From the human T2T-CHM13v2.0 reference genome, Homo sapiens, in assembly GCF_009914755.1 (NCBI RefSeq), contig NC_060927.1: DNA of 64,000 nucleotides, one strand, 5' to 3'. Each line of letters opens with the position of its first letter. Within the stretch, counting starts at the first letter, position 1. A program made the position numbers and the translations under genes. Shown here one piece after another: positions 25,741-40,719 of the stretch. The notes beneath the pieces were generated by a model that was not told the DNA's origin, ran no database searches, and saw only the letters and a list, made by a program, of their open reading frames with translations.

Positions 25741-28700
25741 GAAAGGGAGCCGCGGGGAGGGCGGCGGGGGGCGGGGAGCGAACGCAGGGAGCCAGAGGGG
25801 AGCAGACACCTCGCCCAAAAAAAGGGGAGGGGGGAATTGAAAAGGCTTGGGCAGAGGATTGATTCCATGTTAGAATCGCCAACAAGCTTGTATCATGATT
25901 ATTGTTATTGTTTTTCCCACCATAAATTGCAGACATTTTTCTATACCATCTACGAGGGAAGCAAGAAGCCAGGGGGGAAAAAAACTTTAAAAACATTTTT
26001 TAAAAACCCTTCTCCTGTTAAAGAACTAGAAGGGCTGGACCCTCGGCTAATAATCCAGGAGAAAGTGAGAATCATCCTGAACTTGAGAAATCTACTGCTG
26101 CCGCTGCTACTGCTACTGAAGCTATTGCAGCTTCCGCTTTCAGGGTTGTAAGCAGAATAAATAACTGGTTTTTTCCTCGATTTTAGCTGTAATACCAATG
26201 CTTGCTGCCATCCTTGGGACATTTCAGTATTCTTTCCCTACCAAGTAGTAATGATCACCCTTGATTCCCGGGTCCGGGCCGGCGCTGGCATTTGACATCC
26301 AAAGACCTCCTGCTTTCTCAGAGGTCGGCTGTCACCTTCCGGCCTCCCCCACTGCTGCCCCGGTCGCCTCCCGATGCAGCTCTGCTTGCCTGCCATTTTC
26401 ACTCACTCGCTTAAACCTACAACCTCGGGGTCAAAAGAAAGAGGAGTAGGGAGGAAAATCACACACTCTTAAAAAAATACATTGTTGAAATTTCCTTTAA
26501 TTACAGGATTTACCAATGAAGTGCCACTCAGAAATGGGAATTCCTAAAGGGGCTAGCTGTGTACAAGGTATGAATCAATCCCAACTAGGTATAGATTTTC
26601 TTTTGGTACAACCTTCTTGCATTAAACAGTTTTGTTCAATACCTTCCATGTGCTATTTATGTCCCCATTAATATCTGTTGCAAATCCTGCCAGACACCAT
26701 AAAAGAAAATTACAATCTTTTCAGTCTCCGTGCTGCAACAATACATCCTTGATGTTCAAGTTAAAGGAAAAGAAAAGCAGGTCCTGGGCATGAGTTTGGC
26801 AAAGGCTGTGGAGGGAAAGGGGAATCATTGAGAATGCCCAGTCGTACCTGTTGGTATTTATTATCAAATCTAGGACTGCAGACATGAGAGAGCAAATAAC
26901 AAGGTTCAACCCCAAAGGGTATCAATGGCCTGCAAATCTCTTTATTCAAGAGAATCAAAGTTCAAAGAATTTGTCCTTGTTAAGGATGCCTACCATTTTC
27001 CTTTATCCAGAGCTGTGTAATTCTGGGGGCATTTGGCTGTAAGATAGAGGTCCCTGGAGAACCAAGCTACAGGTCTCAAGGGAGACAGATGTATAAGGTT
27101 GAAATGTGAGGAAGGGAAGTAGGAAGGTAAAGGAGGGAATTACTCACAACAGGAGTAAAACAACTTCCAAAAGAGAAGGCTCTAGTGCCCACACGCGTGG
27201 GCACAAGAGAACTCTATTATCCACTCTGAATTAAAGAGGCACCTGGGTTTTTTTCCAGACCTAGAATTCCCGCTGTCCTGTGCATAAAGGTGAGTGTGCT
27301 AACACATTTGGTGTGTGCAAAAGCACCAGCCATTCCAACATTCTGTTAGGTTCACACAGGTCTTTGACTCTGAAACTTCCCCCAAAATGTGACTCCACCA
27401 GCTTCCCTCAGTTTAGATGGAGAGGTGCCTACCCTCTGACCAGCAAATGTCCTCCGAGGAAACGGAGAAATGGGTCTTGAGAGGCTTTGGAAGGGGGGAC
27501 AAAATCTCTAGGGAGAGACAAACACTAGGCTGACTGGCAAGAAGTTCATAAGGCTGCTTCTGATCGGTGTAAGAGACTCTCTAGGGACCATCCCCTAGGC
27601 CAGGGGACAGACCAGCAGCACCTGAAGATCCCAGCTGTCAAAATCTAGGTCTTGTCCCTCCAATCCTCACCTTCCCTGCCAGGCACCCCAGGGGTGGCTG
27701 AGCACCTTGCCTTGGTGCCCAACCGCCAAGGTAGCTTAAAAAAAAAAAAGAAAGAGAAGAAAAGAAAAAAGAAAAGAACCGCCATCCTCCCCTCCACTCC
27801 TCCGGCTAATCCCTTTCACCTCATCCCCAGGGGGTCTGTCTATGTCTAGGTTCCCTTGGAGACGGGAGGTTAAGAGGGGTGCAAGAAATGTTCCTAGGAA
27901 AGGAGGGGACCAAGGTACCAAACTCTGAGATTAAATGCAAGACCCACATGTGAAGCTGAGCTTGCTGTTGCTGCTGAGAAATTATAAACCACGTGGAGGG
28001 TTGGGGAGGTAGGGGGTGGGTTCTGTGAGGGGAACTGGGTGGGAGGTGGAAGACTGAAGTGAATCGGAGTCTCCGAACCTCCAAATTTAAAGGTCCCCGT
28101 CTTTTAAACTTTTCTAGAAGGGGGGTTGGCGGAGTGGGAGGCGGAATGAGGCGCGGCTGGAGTACCCCTCCCCTTCTGGTTTGAAGTCTCCGCTGTCGCT
28201 TCAGCGCTCCAGCTTTCTCCCTGGTCTTTCTAACAGTTTCGGGCCACGAGAAAATCCAACCCCTTCTAACAAATAATAAACGCAAACTCTTCTCTGTCCC
28301 CAGACCAAGCCATTGTGAAAAGACAAGACATCGTCTTTTAAATAAATAAAAGTATTCTCAATATCATTCGTTTTTTATTTTCAAACCTAAAAGCTGGGCT
28401 TCTTTTCCTTTTCTCTCCTTTTCTTTTTCTTTCTTTATCATTAGCTTTCTGCCCTAAGTGTGCGCTAATAAAGAGCTAAGTTGCTAGTTCAAGTGTGTTT
28501 AACCTGATGGAGCAAACACCCAGCAGCAACCGGTCGCGCTCGCGGCTGATAGCGCCGCGACCTCTGCGCGTCCGCCCCGGCCGGTTCCCATTCTCAAGTG
28601 CCTGGACCCTGTCACTTCCACCTGTCCCAGTCCCAGCCGTGAGACCAGAGCAGGTGACTGTTCAGCAGCCCCTAGAGTTCCCGACACCCTCTGACGGGAT

Positions 28701-30019
28701 GTCTGAGCTGTCGCTGGCCCAAGAGAAAAGAGGCCTCCAACAAGTTGGCGGAGCTGCCCTAGCTACCCGCCCCCACCCCACCTCTCGCCTTTCCCTCTCC
28801 TCCTGAAATTCGTTTTCTTGGGGGACAGTAGCATGCATTCCAACGTTTCCTTGTGTTTTCTCCCACGGAAGCGAGCATCCTGGAAGCAGTGCCTCGTTGG
28901 AAAGTCGATGGGTTTACAGACTGTCTGGGTTTGCTTGTTTTATTGCTGTCACTTTTTGTTTCGTGTTTTTGTTTGTTTAGCAGAAGTGAAGAGATTGAGA
29001 TAGAAGTTAGAAGGAAAATGGGACATTGATGAGAAAGACACAGACAAGTATATCCCTTCCCCAACTATATTTTTTAAATTAATGTTAGAAATGGCAAATA
29101 ACCGATTTTCAATACATTACATGCAACAGGAAGTTTTCCTTTCCTCTCATTTTAATTGAACCGGCCCCACGGTATCTTTGGAAGAAAGTTTGAATTCTTT
29201 ATGGAGGTATTTCGAGGCCTATTGTCTTTGTGCAGTGAACTTTACATCATGCTATTCAATCACAACCTATATTCTCCTGGCTACCAGCAAGATTAATTTA
29301 ATCATTGTAATGCAATTATTAATACTGTTTACCCAATGCTGGGTTTCAGGTTGGCTGTTAAGAAATTAAACTCTCGCTGGGTGACCAGAGCTAGGCAGGG
29401 GTTTCTTCATGTTGAAATGAAACAGTCCTCTTTATTTAGTCTCAGGGCTCCAGCTTTCGGCCACCGGCTCAATTAGCCAAAATGGAAACAATTTTCATTC
29501 ATTGCAATAACTCACTGTTCTGGAGATCGCTTTCAAAATACACACTTTATTATACGCTGACCTCGGTGGCGTGGAGTGGCAATAAAAGAAAGAGGCAGGG
29601 AGATCTATCTAGCCCCCTTGGGCTATAATTATTAGAAATTAATTGGGTTCAGGACCCTGGGTAGCCTAGCTAAATTAATAGCTTGTCTAGTGGTTTAAAT
29701 CCGAATTTTCAGTCCACAGGAGAGAAAGGGAGAGAGTCACAGACATGAAATGCAGACCCAAGGGACGCCTGAGTTTACTTGCAAGACACTCATCTATTAA
29801 ATAGTGTCCAGAATACATTTGAGTTGAGGAGGGGGGCTGAAGTAGGAGGGAGCAGGGGCGACAAGAAAGAATGGAGCAAGATGGGGAGGGAGGCTGAGAG
29901 TGAGCGAAAAGGTCTCGAGTTGATTTTATTCGATTTTTCTTGTCTGCATTGTTTTCGGGAGGGGTTGCATTTAGGGGTTAAAATAAAAAATAAAGATCCT
30001 GTGTACTCGGAGCTGTCGT

Positions 30020-31500
30020 GCCGGAGTAAAAGTGAAAAGGGAGCCTTAGGCAAAAGGAAATTACTGCGAGCCCGCGTGACCTTTCAGGGAGGTAATCAAT
30101 CAAGTGATCAACAGGGATATTTATCATCGCTATATAGGACTACTTCGCCCTGCACAGGCGGGGTGGGGGTGGGGCTGGGGGAGCGAGAGGAGGGTGGAGA
30201 CACGCGCGCACTCACACACACACACTCACAAAAGTTTGAACAAACCTGATAAGCCTCGAGATAGAACACGTAGGCTTTAATGTTAAAGCTACCTGATTTG
30301 TCTGACATTGTCAGAGAAATACACACACATACACATATAAGCACACATCCAGGCAGCAGCGGCTGCATGAAGGTGTTAACTTTGAATGATCCGCCACGCT
30401 TTGCCCTAAAAGGGAAGCTTGCAGAGAAATGCGCGCTTTGAACGCCGGCGAGGCGACAGCTCAGGGCTAGCTCGGCTTCCACGTCCAGCCAGGGAAAGGG
30501 AGCCACGGGCCGCAAAGGGCGCGGGGCGGCTGGGGGCACCCCTCTCCACAGCGTCTCGACGCCGGGGCCTGAGACACGGAACAGCCTCCTCTTCCTGCGA
30601 AATCCTCGCGCTGCCGGGGCGGCATGGCACAGCGAGGCGCGCTCGGGACCAGCCGGCTCAGCGAGTACGCGCAGCTGGTGTTCGGCGGCCGGGCGATTTC
30701 TGCCCAGTTACCTTCTCTACCTCGTAAAACTTGCCGTTTTGTAAATTGCGTTTTCGGTCCCAGATTTCTTAGCAAATCATTCGGTTTTACAATCCTACTC
30801 CCTCCCCCTAGTTCAACATCCTCCCATCCAACTTCTGATGTGTATATAAGGTACGGGGAGCAGGGAGCGGTCAGGGTAGCTGGCTTTTAATAATAATGAC
30901 GATGATGACATTAAATAGTCGATTTAAAATCTGGGCCCCCGCCCCGCTCGGGAATTATAATCAGCAGTTCTTTGGAGAGAACGTCGGGCTGATTACTAGC
31001 CCATGGGGTTGAAGAACCATTTCCCGAAGGGTTTATGAAACGCAGGTTGGAGTGATGCGCGCCGCCTCCCAGGTGGCGAGCCTAGGTTCCTGCAGTGTGG
31101 GAATGTGGGGCCGCGCCAGGGCCGTGCCTATTGGCACCAGGTGCTAAGCTCGCGGTCCCCCACCAGCCGCTCTGGCCGCCCTCTCCGGGCTCGGCGCGGC
31201 CTCCTCCCGCACAGCCTAGTCTGCGGCGCCCTCGCCTGGTTTCTTTGGCCGCGGCAGCTCTGGTGCTCACGCCGCTTAGGGCTCCAGCTGTGCACAGTAG
31301 CCGCCTGGGCGTGGGGGTGGGAAACAGCTGGAGCGCCCCGGGGAGGCGCGGGTTGGGGTGGAAAGGAACCCAGCAAGGAGGATTATGAGGCGAGCAAACT
31401 CCTGGAGCTGCTACCGGTTTAGAATCAGGAGGAGCAACTTCACGGGGCACGGAACTTGAGCTCCGGAAAGAAACCAGACTGTTCCTGAGCGATGCCCTGG
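30020..31500. promoter_or_regulatory. Upstream CpG island (about 4.5-6 kb 5' of the MECOM TSS)
   Basis: Dense CpGs (for example 30430-30700 and 31050-31350) with no recognisable repeat or coding content. Confidence 0.75.
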
Positions 31501-31549
31501 GAAGTTTGGACCTCTTGGGGTCCCTTCCATTGAAAAAAGAATTACTTGG

Positions 31550-31830
31550 AAGAGTATTTCTCAAAGTGTAATGTGCATACGAATCGCCTGGGAATCTTGT
31601 TAAAATGCAGATTCTGATTCAGTAAGCCTGGGGTGGGGCCCAACATTTCTCAACAGGCTCCTAGGTGATGCAGATGCTCCTCGAAGTGTAGTCGCAGACC
31701 AGCAACATCAAGCATCGCCAGGATTTCAATAGAAACTCAAGATCTCAGGCCCCAACCAAACCTACTAAATCAAAATTGACATTTTAACAAGTGATTCACT
31801 AGAACGTTGAAGTTGGAGATGCACTGCAAT
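31550..31830. mobile_element. MER5A/MER5B hAT-Charlie MITE relics
   Basis: GAATCGCCTGGGAATCTTGTTAAAATGCAGATTCTGATTCAGTA.GCCTGGGGTGGGGCCC...TAGGTGATGC. Confidence 0.75.
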
Positions 31831-32880
31831 AGAATGTGCCTGGCCAGGTTTTCTTTCTTCTGTCTTAAATCAGGACGCCTCTGTGATTGAACTTCATTTC
31901 AAATCCTGCTTTCTGCCGTGGTCACGGGAGAGGATGGAGTCAACGAACCTATCCACGTAAACGCTACATCTCCTCTGGCCCACTGCAGAAACCCTAGACT
32001 AACATGCATTGACCACTGAGCTTAGGGGCCAAATGCCACCTGCAAGGCTTCCTTGATTCTTGTCTGATTGACATCTCTTCCAGCCACTTTCCTCAAGCCC
32101 CCCTCACCCATTCAGTATTTTGCTGCCAAGTCTATGGCTTTTATTTCTCCCTCCTTACATTACAGTTTTTTGTTTACAGATCTTCCTTCCCCTTTCAGCT
32201 GTGGACATCTTGAAAGAGATTATGCCTTATATTCTCCACTTTGTTTTTTCATCTGCAGCATGGAAATAGGCATTTCTTCCCACATAGGATTAATATATAA
32301 AAATGCTTTGGAAGCCATGGTTGCCATTGTTAAGAAAAGATGGCAGTATTCAGATTTCAGGGCCATTATACCTTAGATAAATTCTGGGGTCACAAGATTG
32401 AGTTGAAACACCTTAAGTATCAAACCACTGGAGGTACAAATCCCAGTCCTCCCTTTTACCAGTTGCATAACTTTAGGCAAATTATTGAACCTCTCTGAGT
32501 CCCAGTTACCTCCCCTGTATTATTAGAATAAGTATGTACATCTTGCAGAATACTTGTGATAATTAAAGACAATGTATACAAAGCACCTAGTATGGCGCCT
32601 GCTACATAGTAGGAATTTAATAAATGGAGCTATTTAGAGCTCTAAGCTCTAACATTTCATAGTCGGCAAAATAACGAGGGTGTGCGTGTGTGTGTGCATG
32701 TCTGTGTGTGAGAGAGACAGAGAGAGAGAGTCAGGGGTCTTGGATACTGCTCTTCCCATTCCCATCTGCAATAAGATAGTTGCCTTTAGTCAGCAGACTG
32801 CCCCTCAAGTAGCTGAAGCCTGAGGACTTTGACATACATAGAACTGACTGGTACAATTAGATATTAACATTTCAGTTTAA

Positions 32881-33348
<468 letters not shown>

Positions 33349-34645
33349 TAAGTCAACACTACACTCAGTTCATCTCGTACAAGCAGAGTCCTGACCATCT
33401 CCCAGTCAGCCTGTGGCAGCAGGACCTGGGCCACATGCTGAGGGCTGGTGAGACTCACTGACAGAGGCATTGCTCCTCCCGTGGCCTTAAGATTGCAAGA
33501 ATTTCTGCACAATATATACAAAGTCAGTATTTGAAGATGTGTAATGTTTTTATATTACCATATTCTCTCCCTGTGAGATGGAAGCCACAAAGACAATTCA
33601 AAGAGAAAGTGGTTTTCAATGGAATAAGCGCTCTTTCTCTCTTCTTTCTTTTAAAATTATTTTTACATGCTTTTAAATTTGTTCAGTGTTTCTTACATTT
33701 TCACTTCCATAAATTTGGTTGTTGCCCATACTTTCAATACATGAAACTATTTACTAAGTCTAGATTCCTGCCAGGAAATAAAAGATTTGTAAAATTAACA
33801 CCTACAGGACTTTTAAATTCTTTACTCAAACAAACAAGTGATTATGGTTGACATGAGAAAATATAGACATAAAGCAACTTAATTTGCTTAATATACTTTT
33901 AAACTTACAAGTATAGCAGACTTTCCACATCTTTTTAAAGCACAAACTTTAGGATCCATGCTGAGACAGCTTATAAATGAGACTTCCTTGTAACAAGATC
34001 CTCAGTACTCAATAACTTAATTCCCTTGACTTAGGTCCAAGCTAGACCTGGCAACCCTCAAACTCTGCTATGGAGTGAAGTCCTATAGCCATGACAGAGT
34101 GTGATACAGGTGTGCCCTGCTTTATGAAAAGCCACATCACAATGTGATTATTCGCTTCATGCTATTTTATTAAATAATGAGTTCCCCTGGGACATTTAAA
34201 ATATGATTTGACTTACAAAAATCTGATTTATACTCACTTTCCCCAGAAACATACCTACTGAGGTAAAGCTATGTTTTTAAAAATGATGATGCATGTCCCA
34301 TAGCAAATGTTTTATAATGAAAAGTCCATTTTCAAAGATTAAGACAAGGGAACATACCACCATTCTGGGGTTGGGAAAGAAACAATTTCTGTACAGATCA
34401 ATTGTACACAGAAGAAACTGTAGGGCTCATTAATTGAATTATCTACTTTGAGGGCTCATGTAGATATACTAGAAACCAGGAACATGATAAGATTTGGACT
34501 TCAAACATTTTAGAAAATATAATGCTCTTATACTGGGTTTTGATAGTAAAGTGTTCAAATCAACTTTATAAACACTCTTGAAAAATACACTTTTTGAAAT
34601 GAGAAGAATTTTCTGTTGCATAGAGAAACTGAAAAATAATTCTAG

Positions 34646-34920
34646 GGCTAGGTGCAGTGACTCATACCTGTAACCCCAGCACTTCGGGAGGCTAAGGAAG
34701 GAGGATTGCTTGAGCCCAGGAGTTTGAGACCAGCCTGGGCAACATGGCAAGACTCTGTCTTACAAAAAAAATTAGCTGGGCATGGTGGTGCACACCTGTA
34801 GTCCTAGCTACTTGGGAGGCTGAGGTGGGAGCCTGAGAGTTCAAGACTGCAATGAGCTATGATCACGCCACTGCACTCCACCCTGGGCAACAGAGTGAAA
34901 CTCTGTCTTCCAAAAAAAAA
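34646..34920 (+). mobile_element. AluJ
   Basis: J-type GGATTGCTTGAGCCCAGGAG and GAGCTATGATC; TSD AATAATTCTA at 34635-34644 and 34922-34931. Confidence 0.93.
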
Positions 34921-36383
34921 GAATAATTCTAAAATTTGTCTGGGCTTACACCCATTTAGAAGTAATAGTTTATCAGCAAAAAATCACCATCTAACTCATA
35001 TCCAGGTTTTCACTTAGCTGTTTGACATTGAACTGGAACTCTGAAATTGGATACATTGGACTCATAAAGATATATGCTATTCTTAAGGGCTCTAGGAGAC
35101 AGCTTCAATTCTAGCTGCAGTGGAAGCACCAATGCAGAGAAGCCAAGATAGTGAAGATATTTTGATGCATCTGTTTCTGTTCTGTTAATGCTTGGCTGAG
35201 ATTTTCACATTTGTGTCCAAAATTTCTACAGAATCAACTATCATGCAGGTTTCTTCATTAAACCAATTGAGCAATCTGGTGTCTCTTGTGCCTCCCAGAG
35301 TGGGGCAATATTTAAGCAGGGAGCAAGGGCTACTTAGCTACAGGAACCTCCTGTTCTAGTCTACCCTACACAGCACTGCCTGCTTAACTTTCCTGAGGCA
35401 CTATTCTGAAAGTGTCTTTCTTCTATGACAAGTTTCAAGATCCCTCAGTTATTGTCAAGATAAAGCCCCAAATTTTTGCCTCTCATTCAAAGGTGTTCTA
35501 CACTGGGGAAATAGCAAGAGAGATGGGGAAACATGAGATGTGCACCAGAAGCAGCAAGGACTTTAGGCAGCCTATGTTATGGAATTCAAGAAGGGACTTA
35601 TGGGAAATATGTTTGGAAAGATAGGTTGGACACATGCCACAGAGGCTTGGAATGAATGGCAAAATTTTGAGGCTTTATCTTGAAGACAACTGAGAGATCC
35701 TGAAGATTCTGAATAGGGGAATGACATTATCAGAATTTGCCTTAGGAAGATAAAGCAGGCAGTAATGTGAATTACACATCCTCTTCACATGTTCAGACTA
35801 CCCATCTTTTGAGATTCAAAACAAATATCACCTCCTCCCCTAAAGTTCTGATATGTTGTTTCAAGTGGAAAAACAATCTCTCCCCATCACAATCACAATC
35901 TCCTATGGCATCTTAGTTTTACATGTTGGTTTTGTCTGTATCTCTATGATCTCTCTTCATAGGCTATAAATTCCTTGAGGGGATATTTATATCAACTCTT
36001 CTTGTCTTCCACTGCTAAGGCATATTTTGCTCAAAAATTGTACTGTCTAAATGTAAGGATTCTAATTTTTAAACAATTTGAGAAAATCCTCAACCATTAC
36101 CTTTTTAAATATTGCTTTTTCTTCACCCTCTCAATTCTTTTTTCCTGTTATCTGATTAGATATATGTTAGATCTTCTTGCTCTATCTTCTGTATTTATTA
36201 GCCTCTCTTTCATAGATTCTCTCTATTATCTTGTGCTTACTTCTGAATAATTTCCTCAAGTTTATATTCAAGTTTTCTAATTCTCTCTTTCTCTGTATCT
36301 AATAAGCTATTTAAACTGACGATTAAATTTTTTATCTTAATTATTTTTTAAATTTCCATAATTTATATTTGATTCTTTTTTAA

Positions 36384-36779
<396 letters not shown>

Positions 36780-36843
36780 TAAGTTTTTAAACATTTCAAA
36801 TATATTTATTTTATCTGACAGCTCTATTATCTGAAGTTCCTAG

Positions 36844-37189
<346 letters not shown>

Positions 37190-38360
37190 TAATCATTACT
37201 CAGAAAAATTGTTTTGCCATACTTTAGAATTTTAAGTTGTGAGTTCACCTTCAACAAGATTTTCTCTGTGGAAATCATGTTTAAAATTACTTGACATATC
37301 CTTTCACAATGATTTTACCTTTGCTTTTGTTAGATGCTTCAGTGTTATCAATTTTTTCACTAATTTATCAGCCTGGCTTTTCCCAAACTATGGAGGAAAT
37401 GTAATTAGAACCACAGATGTAAGTGATAGTAGGCCTGTTGGAAAGAATTGTCAGGGGACACTTTTTTTTTTTTAACCCAGAGGCCAGATGAGATAGAATC
37501 TTCCTTATTTCTTTTTCTAGTGAGCTGATGATTTTCTAGACCAGCATTTCACTGATTACGTAGCCCTTTGAGACCCAGATTTATGCAAGGGTATCAGTTT
37601 TTATCTCCCCAATTCATGTTGGGCCAGAGCTTTATGTCCTAACTCCATGAGAGTTTTGAAACCTATGCCCTGAATTCTCAAGGCTCTTGTCTCCCCTTCC
37701 ACAACCATAGGCTGCCAGGATTTTGATTCCCATTGTGTTGAGCCCCAGAGACTTTCCTTAACGTTTTTCAAGAGCATTGATTAGTTTTTAAGCAGAATGC
37801 CTCAGTGGTTTGTGAAGGGAAGGATTGCAGATTATTTACTCCATAAAAACACTGGGAAGCCTAGACCTGAAAATACCTGTGGTGATTTGCTGTTAGTGAA
37901 TTTCAGTTGCACTTTTTTCTTGAATCCTTTTATTTAAACGAAATATCTGACTCCCAAAACAAAGGCAGAACTGAGTGTCACCTATAAGTAGAATCACAAA
38001 AATAGCTTTTTCACATGTTTTTGATCAGCCTAAAATCTTTTGTTCTACCTTTCTTCACTAGTCATCAAAATCATATTCAGCCTTCAATTGTCGTCTCAGA
38101 TTCAGTGTTGTCCCTAATGTTTTCCATGATAATAATGATTATATTAAACCAGTGGTCAAAGTGAAAAATACGAAGAAGAATAATTACAGAACAACAACTA
38201 TTTATTAAGTGCTTACCCTGTGTTAAGCATTATACTGGTATTTTGCATATGTTACCTTATTTTTGCAAATAACTCTAAGACATTTTTAACCTCAGTTTAC
38301 TGGTCAAGAAACTGATATTCCCAGAAGTTAAGTAACTTTTTGAGGTGGCTTAGCCAGTAG

Positions 38361-38439
38361 TACATTGAGCCACATTAAATTGCTGATAGTCAACTAGTTT
38401 TTTATCCACAACAAAGTAGTTTTGCATGGTTCAATCTAA
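38361..38439. mobile_element. MADE2-like mariner MITE inserted into a MIR
   Basis: Degenerate palindrome of about 80 bp, TTGAGCCACATTAAATTGCTGATA...GTAGTTTTGCATGGTTCAATCTA; MIR sequence on both sides. Confidence 0.6.
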
Positions 38440-38564
38440 CAAGTGATGAAGGTAACATTCAAATTAAGGTCTGACCAATTTCTAACCTCATATACCTCCC
38501 TTTAGACAACACGGCCTCTTCACCATGCTAATTATTCCTTCTTGTAGGTTATCATAACACTCTT

Positions 38565-38781
38565 TTTTTTTCTTTTATTATTATTATACTTTAAGTTTTA
38601 GGGTACATGTGCACAATGTGCAGGTTAGTTACATATGTATACATATGCCATGCTGGTGTGCTGCACCCATTAACTCGTCATTTAGCATTAGGTATATCTC
38701 CTAAAGCTATCCCTCCCCGCTCCCCCCACCCCACAACAGTCCCCAGAGTGTGATGTTCCCCTTCCTGTGTCCATGTGTTCT
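38565..38781 (-). mobile_element. Short 5'-truncated L1PA3-type 3' end
   Basis: Antisense L1 3'UTR with a T-rich tail; exact 10-bp TSD TAACACTCTT at 38555-38564 and 38782-38791. Confidence 0.92.
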
Positions 38782-39054
38782 TAACACTCTTATACTATCT
38801 GTCTTCATTCAGTTTCCTCATTTGACCCTCAGTTACAATAAAGCATATACATCTGTTTTCTCCAGTGGATTGTAAGCTCCTTGAGGGCTCTTCCTTAGCT
38901 CTGTATCCCAGGCCCTTTGCACAGAACTTGGTACAGGATAAGTCTTCAGTATGTTTTTTTTTTAAATAAACTAAGCTAGGTTATTCAAGTTTTAGTCAAT
39001 ATTTATATGCAGCTAATGTGTTTTTAAACTTTACTCTTTCACTTCTTCTTTCCT

Positions 39055-39592
39055 AGTGGCAGTTTCATAACATGATCGCAAATGTTTTGACATTCTTCCC
39101 ATCGAGACGTGGGATCTATCTATGACTCCTTTACATGAATCTGGATGGGTTTGTGATGGCTTCAACCGACAGAGTGGTGCAGGGTGATGTTAAATGACTT
39201 CTAAGGTTTGGCTATAAAAGCTCATGCAGCTTCTGCCTAGGTTTTTTGGTACATTTGCTCTCTGCAGGCTCCCTCTTGAGTGCTTCATCTCAGAACCCAG
39301 CAGCCATGCTGTGAGAAGCCCAGTTCACAAAGAGAGCCCTCACTAGGTTCTCTGGCCAATAGTCACAGCTGAACCTAGCTTTTGAGCTATTCCAGCATAC
39401 AAGCCAGGTAGATGAGTGACGATGTCCCCAGATGAGTTCAACTCCCAGCATTTTGAGTTGTCCCCAGGCATTTGAGTCTTTCCAGCTGAGGTCCCAGATA
39501 TTGTGGAGCAAAGACACATGAGTGTAATAAAATGATTATTGTTTTACACCACTATGTTGGGGTGATTTATTGTGCAGCAATAAATAAGCATA
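39055..39592 (+). mobile_element. MaLR solo LTR (MLT1G/H-like)
   Basis: CAGAACCCAGCAGCCATGCTGTGAGAAGCCCA and a terminal TTGTTTTACACCACTATGTTGGGGTGATTTATTGTGCAGCAATA, typical of MLT1. Confidence 0.75.
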
Positions 39593-40719
39593 GCTTCTAT
39601 TTGGCCTGTCTGGTAGGGACCACTATAGCCTAGTAAGTTCTAAAACCTCTACAGATTGGGACAGTGATAGCTCCTTTTCCCCAGTGATAAGAGTCTGGTG
39701 CTAGACGGCTGTTCCTGTGTCCAGAATCAAAACTGGGTTTCAAGTGGATTTCAGCTTCCGGACATGTTTTGAGCATTTGGCTCACACTCGTTTTGTGTGT
39801 CTTACTTGCTCTCTGTCCTGTAAGCCTGAACCCAAACTGGTTGGCTGAGAACAGTGGTCTCCTAACTCATTATTGTTACTCTCTTTTCTTGAGGCCAAAC
39901 CTTGCCTCTATCATCCCTCATACTGACTCTAACATGCCTATCTGGCCTACGGCAGCCAAGCCATTCACTAGAAGCTGAGCCCTGCTACTGGCCCAGAAGC
40001 CCCATTGCCCATTCTACCCTCTTGTTCAGGACCACTCAAAGACTGATTCCAGAACAGGCTGTCAGCCAAGCTTTGCCTTCTTGGACTCTGGCCCCTCCTT
40101 AAAGGGGTGCAGCTCTTTCTTCATTACCAGCCATCCTACAAAGTACAGCCCTTCTCCTTACCAGGATTTGTTGGCAAACAGCATGGCTAGACCTACCCTC
40201 TTCATTGCAATTAGTCTCAACAAATAGCCTAATAGCAGACACACTTTCAGAGATGTGGAGGCAAAATGATCAGTGTGAGTCAGTGTTCCCTAGGGGCAAG
40301 TGAACCTCCCTGAAGCTCAGAGGCAGAGGCACCAGGAGTTCCTGGGGCAGCTGTGCTGGAGATTCTGTCATTCTGTCCTAAGCATCATTCATGTTGAGAA
40401 GTAAGCAGGGACAGATGCAGTGTTTGGTTAGGCCAGTCCTGTGCTGTGGAAGGGCATTTCTTCTAGTTGCTATGTGAAGCAACCAAGCCCGGTTCTCTGT
40501 TCCTCCCAAAGATCTGTAAACTGTCTGAAATCTTTTAATAAAACCTTCCTGCTTAAATGAACCACAGTGGTTTTTGTCTGGAATTAAAAACACTAAATTT
40601 ACCATCTTCCAACATCTTGTGACTGTGTGAATCAATCAGAAAATCCTAGAGCTGTAGGCAGTTTATTTAATTTTTGTTTGCAGGTCCTGACAGAAAGTAT
40701 ATACCATTAATATTGAAGA

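Larger units (their letters stand above)
23540..25830. promoter_or_regulatory. Main CpG island / MDS1 promoter spanning exon 1 and the start of intron 1
   Basis: Very high GC and CpG density; GC boxes; NRF1-like CGCACATGCGCG at about 25627-25638; TGATAAAT (minus strand, 25687-25694) and TGACA motifs near the TSS. Confidence 0.85.

Noticed and set aside
25016-26151. Plus-strand ORFs with poly(Leu-Ser) stretches that look like membrane segments
   Set aside because: They are translations of the CT microsatellite tract.
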